A DNA stretch of 64,000 nucleotides, from positions 27,117,233 through 27,181,232 of the forward strand of contig OZ316892.1 of the NCBI GenBank assembly GCA_973895155.1, in the 5' to 3' direction. The notes under the pieces are model-generated. The model was not told the origin of the DNA, searched no databases, and saw only the letters and a list, made by a program, of their open reading frames with translations. Within the stretch, counting starts at the first letter, position 1. Every line of letters begins with the position of its first letter. Positions 14,218 through 26,379 of the stretch are shown here, one piece after another. The DNA is from Marsupella aquatica (lineage: Eukaryota > Plantae > Marchantiophyta). The translations under genes and the position numbers were made by a program.

Positions 14218-14675
14218 TAATGTGAACCATGCCCCTCGTGACAAGCCACGGAGAAGTTGTCACAGTTCGAGCATGGACGAAAGAGACGGAATGGGAGGAT
14301 ATATCGGAAAAATGCGGAATAATGTTTATAAAGTGAAGACATTCATGTCAATGTCTTCGCGTGAGAATAATCCTAATGTCAATGTACATGCGGCGCAAAC
14401 ATTCAGGACTTGCAGTTCAGTTCGTGGCCTGGGAACGGTTGCGGCTTGACAATGCTCGGTCACTGTGATTTTGAGCATGGTTTGTGGTTGAAATTGTTGA
14501 ACTATGACGTCTTCCTTCATGACGATCCAATCATTACTCATTCCATGCACACGTAGTTGACACAATCTCTACGTGGTTCACCTCTTCTCCAAGGCTACGT
14601 CCACACGAACACTCAAACTTTGCTTCAAGAGTAGACGAACACACATGCTCTCCCTCTTCCTCAAGTTGCTCCGTT

Positions 14676-17140
14676 AACACGTTGACAGACCAAACGAGAA
14701 GTGTGACCACCAAACGAGAAGCCTCTTCAGATTTTGCAAAAAATGGTAATACAAAACATGTTTTTTTGTTAAAACAAGATTTTTTGAAAAAAATTAAGAA
14801 ATGGATCAGTTTTCGTATTGCGCCTAGTGACATTTTGGGAGCTAAACTAATGATCTGGAAATAAAATATTTGGATGTCATGTTTTGCGAGAGACTAGAGA
14901 CTAGAATACACACATTTGGAAAAATAAAATGTGTTAGATAAATTTTTGCAATTGTTTCCAAACTCAAGATTTTGACCAAAAACTAAATTTTTTATGATGA
15001 GCAACAGTACGCTTAACTTTTCACATACCAAAAGTGATACCGCGTATCAAATTTTGGATTCAGTTTACAAATTGACTTTTGCAACCTGCCCAAACAATGT
15101 TTGACAACAAATTCAAAATAACGGTAATAATTTATGAATTGAAAGATACCCAAAACTCCAAATTTGATCGTCATGTGAACCCAAGGTTTGGGGACTACCA
15201 TGCAACTGCGCAGTTACATCCATAGTCAGTTACTTTAACTCACTTCTGGTTAAGCTAAGACTCACAACTAAACGACACTGTTGCACGATTCAAACCATCA
15301 AACCTAATCCCAACCATGATCCACGGATCATGGATTGTTGCCAATACACAAAACTACCCATTGAAAATACTAATAATTTTCTAGCGCATAAAATAATGGA
15401 AGGAATTCAATTTGTGATCCTTGGATCAATGGGTTCCCAAACTCAAAACACATCTTCAAAAACATGCTTTAAATTATTTTCCAGTCCTCCAAACCTTGAG
15501 AGGAATTACAATCATGATACACAGATCAAAATTATTGCGAACACACAAAAACCTCCTATCAAAACACCTAGTCAGTCCATTTGTCACTAGAAGCAAAACA
15601 TTGAGTATAATCCTAACCATGATACCTAGATTATAATACTCTCAAAATTCTAGAAACCAGATCATTTCTATATTTTGTCTCTGAGTGAAAACCAATCAAG
15701 CTATGCCACATGGCAAACACAACCCCAAAACTATAAAAGCATGGTCCGTCATCAAATTTTGAGCTTCACTTTCATAGGACCTTCATATTTTTCATTTGTG
15801 GGGCGCTCAAGATTTTGAAAATTTTGTAGTATTTAAACAGTCGTAGAGGCACATCCTGTGAGGAAACATGGGTTGTATAGAGTTTATGATAACCAGGTCT
15901 AGCTCTGAGTTAGAAGAAAGCATTGCTAGTTCCATCCAATCCTCCCCTAGGGTTGTTCATAGATTTACTCCTTCTCATTTGCAAGCCAAACTTCCACCCT
16001 CTAAGCAAGTGGAGCCCCAAGTAGACATTAAAGACTCCGATTTAGAGGGAAGTGACAAAGATATTTCTTCATACTACGTCTCACCCACTAAACCAGATAA
16101 ACGTCGTCTACTCAGTTTTCATGTCAACGAAGTCAGATTGGCCCACCTTTAGGATCCCCGGAAGCATTTGTTCAATTTAGAACAGAGAGAAAGCAAGTCT
16201 CGTCCGTGATGAGAGCATAATTGGATATAGGAATACGGACACCAGATTCAAAATCACCAGGAATTCGCATTGGAATGCAAAGGATGATCACCGGAACAAA
16301 ATTAAAAAATCTCTATAAAGAATACAAAATCTGATACACGTATCAGATTTTTGGATTGTTCAAGCAAGTGTATCCAAAATCTAATTCTCAAGCCCAATAC
16401 CCTCATTTCCCACTCAAACTAATACCTCTTTCAACCCTTTAGGAATCCAAAATGTGATACAGCGTATCAGATTTGGGTTTTGCTTTCAAGAGTACTCTAT
16501 CACTTTTGAATGGTAAAGTAACATTAAGAATCTGAAATGTGATACGAAGAATCAGATTTGGGTTTGAAGTAAAGGAAAAGGAGGATAAGTGAGGATAACT
16601 ACTAGCATTTTAGTCGATGGCCTTGTTGAATCCGGGTTTGTATGGACAATTGCTTTCAACATTGAGGAAGGAGTAACATGGGTTAGAGGACACAAAACAA
16701 AATTATGAAGCTAATTATTTTTTGTGGTCCTTTATTTATACTTTTCAGATTCAGCCTAGTTTAGTTTGTACTGTGGTCGAGTTAAGTTTTACCATAGTAC
16801 AATTATTAATGGGTTAACTTGACCATAGTTGGTATCTTTTTGGAATATTCTCTATTGATAAAGCAATCACATTGAATTTACTTGTTAAGGAATGTGAAAT
16901 GTGATGCCCCGTATCATATTTCGTATTGCCTCCATAAAACTTGGTGATACAAAATGTCATTTTACCTCGTTTTGTAAGGTTCACTAGTCAAAGTTTGATA
17001 TGTTTTGATTTTGCGCTTGAAAATGTTTGATTTTGTAGGAAATCTTGGTTTGTATCATGTCGCGTTTTACACTTAGAAAAAATTTGGGGTGGCCCAAACG
17101 AGAAGCCTGTCACACTTCTCGTTTGGTCCGTCAACGTGTT
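14676..17140. mobile_element. Unclassified non-autonomous TIR element (2465 bp, 32-bp TIRs, 4-bp TSD CGTT) inside the Copia-1 3' LTR
   Basis: AACACGTTGACAGACCAAACGAGAAGTGTGAC ... GTCACACTTCTCGTTTGGTCCGTCAACGTGTT; removing it plus one CGTT restores a 332-bp LTR matching the 5' LTR. Confidence 0.9.
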
Positions 17141-17499
17141 CGTTACAATGAGTAAGCACACCACACCAGCGGCTTACACTAGCCCTGGTATATACAAGGT
17201 CACACACGACTAACCTAACCTCAGCTAAGACCCTAACTATGGTTAGCCTAAGTGTCGTAACCTTTGAGTCACAAGACTAAGAGCAATCCTTAACAAACTC
17301 CCCCTTGACTCTAGTCTTGGGGATTGCAATTTCTACTATCCATATGAGATACTCAGCGGGAAATTCTAGACAATCACCTAAAACCATAGGTGTCCCCCTA
17401 AAAAGCATTTAAGGTTAACTAAGGGTTAACTAGAATTAAACCGTAGCCATAACAGGATTGAGTAACCCATATACAATAATTACATATTGTTAAGTTACT

Positions 17500-20400
17500 C
17501 TACTTATGCTGCAAATGCAAAACCTGCAAAGTAGCACGGTGTCTTGAGTAACTCTCCAAAGGAATCACTTTGGTAAAAGCATAAGCCGGGTTGAGTTTTC
17601 CATCAATCTTGACTAGCTCAAACATTTTATCAGACACTAATTGCCTAATAAAATGGTATCTGATGTCAATGTGCTTCACCCTGCTATCCATCACCTGGTT
17701 AATAGCTAGGTGAAGCGCACTCTGGCTGTCACAATGAAGAGCCATTTTTCCATGCTCCAATCCCATCTCAGTGACCAGCTTATCCAACCAAATTGCTTCC
17801 TTTGCTGCTTTTGCTGCTGCAACATATTCTGCTTCTATAGTAGATTGAGATACACCCTTCTCCAAGGTAGATCTCCAACTTATGCATCCTCCTCCAAGAG
17901 TAAACACATACCCAGTCGTTGACCTCCTTGTTTCCAGACAGCCTCCGTAGTCAGAATCTACATAGCCAACCAAAGATTTGGTTTTGTTTGATCTACTATC
18001 AAACAACAGACCATAGTCTATTGTGCCCTTAAGATACTTGAGAATCCATTTCACAGCCTCCCAATGTACCTTCCCTGGATTTGACATGAATCTACTCACT
18101 TTGCCCATTGCTAGGGCTATATCAGGCCTGCTACATGTCATCAAATACATTAGATTGCCCACTGCCTTCTCATAAGGAACCTTAGTCATCAAGCCTCTCT
18201 CCACTGGATCCGTGGGGTAGAAAGCCGATACTAACTTGAAATGTGGAGCCAAAGGAATACTTACTGGCTTACAATTTTCCATGTTGAATCTTGCAAGTAC
18301 CTTTTCAGCATACTTGCCTTGATTCAGCCACAACTGTCCAGTTTCAAAGTTCCTCGTAATCTCCATACCTAAGATCCTTTTGGTTTTCCCAAGATCCTTC
18401 ATTCGGAATTCAGAACTCAATTTTGCTTTGAATTTGTCAACCTCAGTTTGATCTTTAGCCGCAATCAACATGTCATCCACGTAGAGCATCAGAATGAGTA
18501 AACCAAACACACCATTCTTGACTGATTTTGTATACACACAAGGGTCATATACCATTCTAGTGAATCCTTGTGCAAGCATGAAATCATCAAACCGCTTATT
18601 CCACTGCCGAGGAGCTTGCTTCAATCCATACAAGGACTTAAGCAACCTGCAAACTAAACTTTCTTGACCCTTCTTCACAAAGCCCAGTGGTTGCCTAATG
18701 AAAATTTATTCCTCCAAGGTGCCATAGAGAAAAGCAGTAACAACATCCATTTGATCTTACACCAGATCAAAAAACACAACAAGTTGACACAAAATTCATA
18801 TCGTGGAATACTTGGCAACTGCAGAGAAGACCTCATTGTAATCCACTCCCTTCTCCTGAGTGAATCCCTTGGCAACAAGCCTTGCCTTGTATATCTTGTC
18901 TCCTCCATCTAAAGAGTTGTCCTTCACCTTGTAAATCCACTTGCTATCCACCACTTGTTGATCACTTGGCAGTTGCACTAGCTCCCATGTTTTGTTGTCA
19001 CTTAAAGTTTGCAACTCCCTCTGCATTGCTGCATTCCATTCATCTTTCTCGTCTGAAATGCTTGCCTCATGATATGAAGACGGTTCTCCTTCTTCCAAGA
19101 TCAGCGCTCTGTCATCATCATCAGGTGCAATGTCAGCATCATCTAACCTTGATGAATCTGTCCATTGTCCATACCTTGTAGGAGCTCGAGTAGTTCGCCT
19201 TGATTTTCTAGTTGATGATTCTGGCGGATCTTGCTTCGTTGGTTGATTTTGAGGTATTCCAACAACAACCTGCTCTTCTTGTTCCATCATCGGAACCAGC
19301 TCCATTATCGGAGCACCTCCTTCAATTGTGTCATAAAAACCCTCATGATCAATCTCCTCCTCAACATGGTCCAGGATAGGAGATTTACCTTTGACAGTAC
19401 GGGAAGTTTGAGCATTCTCCCCCTTATTTGATGATCTGGATTCATTAAAGGATACATCTCTACTGACAAGTAACGTACAAGCTTCTGGATCCCATAGCCT
19501 ATAACCTTTCACACCGGGTTGATAACCAAGAAAAATACACTTCTTGGAAGTAGAATCTAGTTTAGATCAATTTTTCTTAGGTGTGAGAGCATATGCATCA
19601 CTTCCTAAGACTCTCAAAACCTGATAGTCTGCGTGCCATCCATACCTCATTTCAAACGGCGTCTTGAAATTGATTGCACTTGAAGGAGAAAGATTTACCA
19701 AATAAGTTGCCGTATTTACAGCTTCAGTCCAAAATTCATGCTGTAAATCTGATTGGCTCAACATACTCCTCGATCGCTCCAATAGTGTTCGGTTCAGCCG
19801 CTCACAAACACCATTCTGTTGAGGAGTATAAACTATCGTGAGATGACGAGTAATCCCTTGCTCTGCACAGTCGAGTTCAAATTCACTTGAACTGTACTCC
19901 CCTCCGTTATCTGATCGCAGATATCTCACCTTGGATCCAGTTCGATTCTCAATTTGGGCTTTTCACTTCTTAAAAGTGCCAAAAACTTCAGACTTGGCGT
20001 GTAGAAATGTGATCCACACATACCGTGAGTAATCATCAATGAACGTGACATAGTACAATTTTCCAGAAAGTGAGGAAGTTGGGGCTGGACCCCACACATC
20101 ACTATGTACATACTCAAGTATAGCTTTGGTATTGTGAGTTCCAACACCAAAGGTTCTCTTGTGCTGCTTCCCAAGCACACAATGTTCACAAAAATCTAAC
20201 TTAGTAGATTCCAAATTAGAAAGAAGTCCTGTCCTGCGAAGTACCGCCAAACCTTTTTCACTCATGTGTCCCAATCTGCAGTACCACAACTGAGTCATCT
20301 CGCCTTGAGATCTAGTTACATTGGCTTCTTCACTAATCACGTTGCCCTCCAACAAGTATAGATTCCTATGCCACTTACCCTTCATGACAACCTTGCCTCC

Positions 20401-21600
20401 GGTTGACACTTGAAAAATACCATCAGCAGAACTCCACCGACATCCATTTGCTTCCAGCATTCCAAGAGAAATCAAGTTCTTTTTCATGTCAGGTATGTGT
20501 CTGACATTACTCACTGTTCGCACAGCTCCATCAAACATCCGAATTTTCACGGATCCAATTCCAACAATTTGACAAGGATGATCATTCCCCATCAACACGG
20601 AACCGGTTGATACTGAGTAAGAACTAAAAAACTCTTTCATACAACAAATATAATAGGTACAGGCACAATCTAAAATCCATTCATCACCGTTGTTACTGGA
20701 TGAAATGCAAAGGGCAACATCTTGACTTCACAAGATTTCATCATCAAGCAAGTCAATCATATCAACATCAGTGGCTGCGTTCGCTGATGGTTGATGAGTC
20801 TGCTTGACTCGACAGTCTCTTTTCATGTGGCCGGGCTTGTTACATTTCCAGCATATAATTAGTTTCCTTTCTAGAGATTTCTCTCTAGACCTGGATCTAG
20901 ACTTAGACCGAGCCTTCTCCTTGCCTCTATTCCGTGAGGGGTATGATTGTGAAAAGGACCTGTTTTCACTAGTCATCCGATGTTGAGTCCTCCCGCGGTT
21001 CACATTCAACACACTGCCAGAGGAAGATGGTGTCTGGGTATGACCTAGTTTCTTCTGTGCATTATCTGACAGCAAAGAGCTTACCACCTCATCATATGAA
21101 ATGGTTTTGAGGTCTCTATACAAGAGAACCTGCTTCAAACCTTGATACGATGGGGGTAAGGAGCTGAGAAGAAACAATGCCTTATCTTCATCTTCCACTC
21201 CCTTGCCAAGATTTGACAAATTTACAACTAGGCTATCAAATTCATCCAAGTGATCTCGGAGCTTGCCTCCTTCTTTTAGCCTCAAGCTCATCAAGAGAGA
21301 TTTCTTGTACAATCAATCTGAGGCATCCTCATGGTAGTACTTCTCTCTGAGGGCCTTGAATAAGGATACGCAATCCTCATAATCATCCAGCTTCTTAATG
21401 ATATGCGGCTTCAGATACAACATAACCGCATTTACAGCGATCACTTGCTCCTACCTCCATTTCCTCAACAGGATCTCCTCCTCACTGCTAGACTCCTCCC
21501 GAGTTGAAAGCAGATGATCTAGGCCCATAGCAAATAATCTGTGCGCCCATCATACTTTTCCACCTCAAACTTGACACCTCCAAACTTGGATACCATCGTT
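17500..21600 (-). pseudogene. Copia-1 gag-pol polyprotein (gag, CCHC knuckle, PR, INT, RT, RNase H) with stops and frameshifts
   Basis: CWKCNKPGHMKRDC; RLGHMSEKG...CEHC; VHSDVWGP, SDNGGEY, PQQNGVCER; YKARLVAKGFTQ; LYGLKQAPRQW, LYVDDMLI; GYVDSDYGG, EAEYVA, CDSQSA, KHIDIRYHF. Confidence 0.96.
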
Positions 21601-24600
21601 GCCCTCCCAACGTTCTCCAAGTGCTATTGGTGTGCTACTTCCTATATGCTTTTGTTGCTTTTTTCCTTCCTTCCTTCTTGTTGACTCAAATCCAAATCAT
21701 GAAAAAATGTCGTTTTTCGCAACTTTCCAAAAAACTTAAAACTTATCACCGCCACTTAGCCCACCAACCTAGCAAGACAACGCTGAAATCCGAAATTGAA
21801 ACCGAGTTCCGACGAAAAACTTTTTCAAGTTTTGGTCGGGCTGGGTAAAATTCAAAATTTTTGCCCCGTTTTGACCACCCCAGGGAATAACAAAAGTGCC
21901 AAGTACCACCCATTGTCGGAAATGAAAATTGATTGGTGCACCGCGTTGCTAGCTTCAGTGGCTACGTCCTCGCCAAAAAAGATCCAAAAAAAGTTACCGT
22001 TCGGACCTCAGAATCTTTGACTAAAGGCCAAAAAACAGCTCTCTATTTTATTTGGAATATTCCCCGGACTGTGCGGCAGGTCTCACAGGGGGCCGTTCCC
22101 CTTGTCGGAGCGGTTAATTTGGAGGGCAGCAGGTCCCGAGAAGCGGCACAACCAATAGGAAGTCAAGAAAAGAAATTAAAAAACTGCCCTTAAGGGGGTG
22201 CTAAGCCCCTTAGCATGAAAATACGGCCCTAAAAGGCGAGACGGGCCTATACGCGAGACAACCCAGACAGTGTACACGCGGGGTCAAGGCTAGGCAGTGT
22301 ACGAGGGTACGAGGGAGGAGCGTCGGGGCGTATGGCCGGGGAGCGACTCGGGTGGCAGCTGTCACTAGCCGGAAACTCTCACCGGAGGAGCGAGCCGGGT
22401 GCAAGGGCCGATCGCGGCTGCTGGGGCGAAAAGAAGGCGAGTGGAGGGGTAGAGAGGAAGTGACGAACGGCAAAAGGGAGGGCGTGGCCGCGACGATGGC
22501 TGCTGCGCCGGCCGACGCTTTGGGCCACGGCCATGGCAAGAGTGTTAGTGAGGAGGCGAAGGGGGTCGCCGATGGGGTAACGATGGGGTAACGACGGGAG
22601 TAACGACGAGGGCACAAGGGCGGGGTGTGTATACACTTTGTGTGTATACACACAAGAAAAAATGCCCTAACCTAACCCTTAAAAGAGAAAAAATACCATT
22701 ACACACCTTGCCGTTTCGTCTAGAAAAGATACCGCAGACAAGAAAAAAATGTTTCCAGATTTCATATTCGCTGTCGCCTTGCCGCTAGCAAGGCCAACAA
22801 CATACAAAATCTCTGCTATGTCTCTCTCGCTTTGCGTCAAGTGCCAATCCCGGACTCAAAACGATCACCTCGTCATGATCTCTCCATTAAGCCATAGCAC
22901 TTGGCAATTCTCCCCCCAAGCCGAGCATGACGTCGAGAAACCCGCTTCAGCTAAGGGCTATGTCTCCATAGCCATGAAAAAACCAGAAACGACACCGACT
23001 TGTACCGTCACACTCGGTTCACCCTTTTCACCACACCAGATATTGAAGCGACCAGCTTTGCCTGATCTATAATTTGAGCTATAGTATGTGACGCCTCATG
23101 CACCGCAAAGCTCACACCGTAAAAAACAATCTCAGGTCCCTCTTCCGTCGAAGAAATCGTCGAACACGAATCTCTTTTCACAAAAAATTCCAGAACGATG
23201 AGAACTTTGATTCCTCCGCACCACAAAGTCCGATAAGAGATTTCTTTGCACCGATAGATAGCCCTTTCCCCAATCTATCCGATGAGCCCAACACCTCCAA
23301 GTTCCATGTGACGGAACTCCGTGAAATCAACCGACACTAATTGCTGGAAAAACCGTCATGAACACGTCACAAAAAATTCTATCGCCACTCCCAGGCTTGC
23401 TCTGATACCAATTGTTGAACTATGACATCTTCCTTCATGATGATCCAATCATTACTCATTCCATGCACACGCAGTTGACACAATCTCTACGTGGTTCACC
23501 TCTTCTCCAAGGCTACGTCCACACGAACACTCAAGCTTTACTTCAAGAGTAGACAAACACACATGCTCTCCCTCTTCCTCAAGTTGCTCCATTACAATGA
23601 GTAAGCATACCACACCAGCGACTTACACTAGCCCTGGTACATACAAGGTCACACACGACTAACCTAACCTCAGCTAAGACCCTAACTGTGGTTAGCCTAA
23701 GTGCCGTAACCTTTGAGTCACAAGACTAAGAGCAATCCTTAATAGAAATGGCTATAGTGACAAGTGACCCAGTTTGGTCTTTGTAAGGCAGAAACTCAAT
23801 TTGTAAGAACTTTTAGAAGAACAAAGGGTACGGACCATAAAGAGGGGGTCAATTGGGGCAAAAATGTTTTCAGGGGGCCGATCAAGCAAACTATCTCCAC
23901 GAGGGGGTCTATTAAGCATATCCCTCCTGATTCCTAAGAAAGGCTCTTTAGGCACAGAGGTGATCAATAAAGAGATGGGCTTCGTGGGAGCTTCATTTTC
24001 AAGGTTTTTTTTCCCATTTTTGCCAATCACTCATACAAGAAAAGGCCTTGTAATCACAAACTAAGGTGGAAAGGAGATGGCCCCATGGCAGCGTAGTTTC
24101 CAAAGTTTTTTCATTTCGCTAGTCCAGCCAATGTCACCTTGTGTGAGAGAAAGATGCCAAGAGTATTTCTTATCTAATACTTATAGATCAAATTATGACC
24201 ATCAGATTCCCTAGATTTTTAAGGATAATCATTCCATTCTTGCTAATTGGGTAATTGTAAAATTTTCATCCAAATAGTGAATACTTTTTAGAGAGGTGAA
24301 ATGTAGCCAACTTTTGTCACTTAACTTAAAGACACTGCCCCATAGACACAAGTAGAAACACAATCTTGGGTCGATGCCCCATGTGGCAATTCTTACCTTG
24401 ATAGACCTCACACTTTCAAAATTTCCCTTTAGACCCCTTGGTTGTTATATACTGATAGTTGACTACCTTTTTTAAAAGTTTTTTTTTAGTGTTCAACCCT
24501 ACTGATGAAGGAAACCAGCAGGCTCTAGAATTACTCCATAGGACTCTCCATGATGCAGGTTACAAAGACAACCTAGCTAAGAAGTAGTAATGTTTTTTTT

Positions 24601-24975
24601 ATCAAAAATGTCAGCATAATACACCTCCTAGAAGGGTAAAAGAGGCCAAAGTAGCTCAGATAGAGAACAATTGGTGGGAGGTAGGCGGGGGCAGAATGGA
24701 CACACAGCAGGCCCAAAACTCCCAGCCAAAGTAAAGTAGTCATCAGTGCACCACCTTAGCAGACTCACCGACAAGAGCTTTCAGGTTTACAGTAGGCAAT
24801 AAGCTACAATGTCCATTGCGGCAATTTGTGTTAGTCACACTAACTGTGTTGCCCTTTCAATTTTAGGCCTCACATAAAATAGTGTGAGTCAAGTTATTTT
24901 AGGTGTCACACTAATTAGAGTTCAAAATAAGTCACATTTTTGGTCTCACTATTTGAGGTCACCTTGAATATTGCA

Positions 24976-25575
24976 CCTGGGGTCCTCACTTCTTTTTTTC
25001 CGACCCATCATGCACAAAGAAATTAGATTTTTTTGTAACTCAATTGGGTGGAAGCTCGGGGGTGTCACTATATGGATGCGTCCCCATCACCTGCGATGTT
25101 TTTAGGCCTCGGACTCCCTAAAGTGTAAGAATTTTTTAATTTTCAACCCCTATAAAGTTAGAATATTCCAAAAATTTGGTTATAAGGACCCTAATGTTCT
25201 TATAAGTCTCAAAATTTATTTAAAAGACCCTATTGTTCTTCTCAAAAAAATCTTAAGTCTTTCCTTTGAACCAATAAAATGACCCTATACTTCGTCGCAC
25301 GTGATGTGCCATTTTTGCAAAAGTGAAACCCCCGAGGGTGGAAGACTTTAAGATTTTTGTTGAAAAAAATTGGGGTGTTTTCATCCAATTTTGAGAATTA
25401 TAAAAACCATAGGGTATTTTTAATTCAAAATTTGAGAATATTATACAAAGTTAGGGGTTAAAAAATAGTAAACATTGCAATTTATTCTATTAACTTTTAG
25501 GGGGTTTATCACTTGAAAACTTTGCACATGATATGGGACCTCACTCCAAATCTCCCTTGGAGTGAGGCTCCTAAG
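24976..25575. mobile_element. MITE with 8-bp TSD (ATATTGCA), containing a nested related MITE
   Basis: Imperfect TIRs CCTGGGGTCCTCACT / AGTGAGGCTCCTAAG; ATATTGCA on both flanks; interior resembles the reverse complement of the neighbouring MITEs. Confidence 0.65.
25055..25336. mobile_element. 282-bp MITE with 15-bp TIRs and 8-bp TSD (hAT-like)
   Basis: GGTGGAAG|CTCGGGGGTGTCACT...AGTGAAACCCCCGAG|GGTGGAAG. Confidence 0.88.
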
Positions 25576-26379
25576 ATATTGCACACATATAATCCTCAGG
25601 GGTCTCACTATATGGAGGCCTCCCCATGACCTGCGATGTTTTTAGTCTCTAACACTCTAAAATGTAAGATTTAAAAGAAATTGAATTAACCCCTATACAA
25701 TTCAAATATTCTTGAAAAATTACATAAATTTGATTAAAATGATCCTAATGCTTCTATAAGTCTCAAAATTGGATTTAAAATACACTATTATTCTTCTGAG
25801 AAAATTCTTAAGTCTTCATTTAGAACCAATAAAATTGTTGAGCATAGACGACATTTGCAACTGCAAACCCATGAACCATCCAACGTACAAGAGTCGACAC
25901 AGAGAGATACGTGGGTCACCTCCACATGAGGCTACATCCACGGGAACACACAAGAGCTTTACTGCACTCTAGGCCGACCGGCCATACCAAGCATCCACAG
26001 CGCAAGCTCTCTCTATCTCTCAACTAGCTCCGTCACATTGAGCCTAAGTTCCACCAGGGTCTGGCATCAGCCCTGGCTTAATACACAACAGCACTACCGC
26101 TAACATTAGCTAAGTCCTAACCTGAGTTAGCCTAACTGCGGTTATCTCATGAGTCACAAGACTAGAGCAATATCTAACAAACTCCCCCTTGACTCTTGTC
26201 TTGGGGACTAGACTAAATGCTACCATATGGAATCCTGAGCGGGAAGTTCTAGACAATCACCAAACCAGGTCTCCCCCTAAAAACCACAAGGGTTAACTAA
26301 GGGTTAACTAGAACTAAGCCGTAGCCAAATAGGAATGAGTAATCCATATACAAATAGTCACACATTGCTAAATAACTCT

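Larger units (their letters stand above)
14495..23744 (-). mobile_element. Full-length degenerate Ty1/Copia retrotransposon (Copia-1) inserted in the MULE right TIR
   Basis: 332-bp LTRs (5' 23413-23744; 3' 14495-17295, split by an insertion); GAAAT TSD; tRNA-iMet PBS (GCTCTGATACCA 23399-23410 on +); PPT 17296-17306. Confidence 0.97.
11440..23926. mobile_element. Non-autonomous Mutator-like element (MULE) with about 450-bp TIRs and 10-bp TSD, carrying nested insertions
   Basis: Left TIR 11440-11888 (GAGGGATATGCTTAATAGACCCC...) is the reverse complement of 14220-14494 joined to 23750-23926 (...GGGGTCTATTAAGCATATCCCTC); flanks CCGATTCCTA / CTGATTCCTA; long G-starting TIRs with a 9-11 bp TSD fit Mutator. 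Confidence 0.88.

Noticed and set aside
22200-22660. GC-rich island as a captured gene
   Set aside because: Lies in the Copia-1 leader with low-complexity ORFs; consistent with a retroelement UTR
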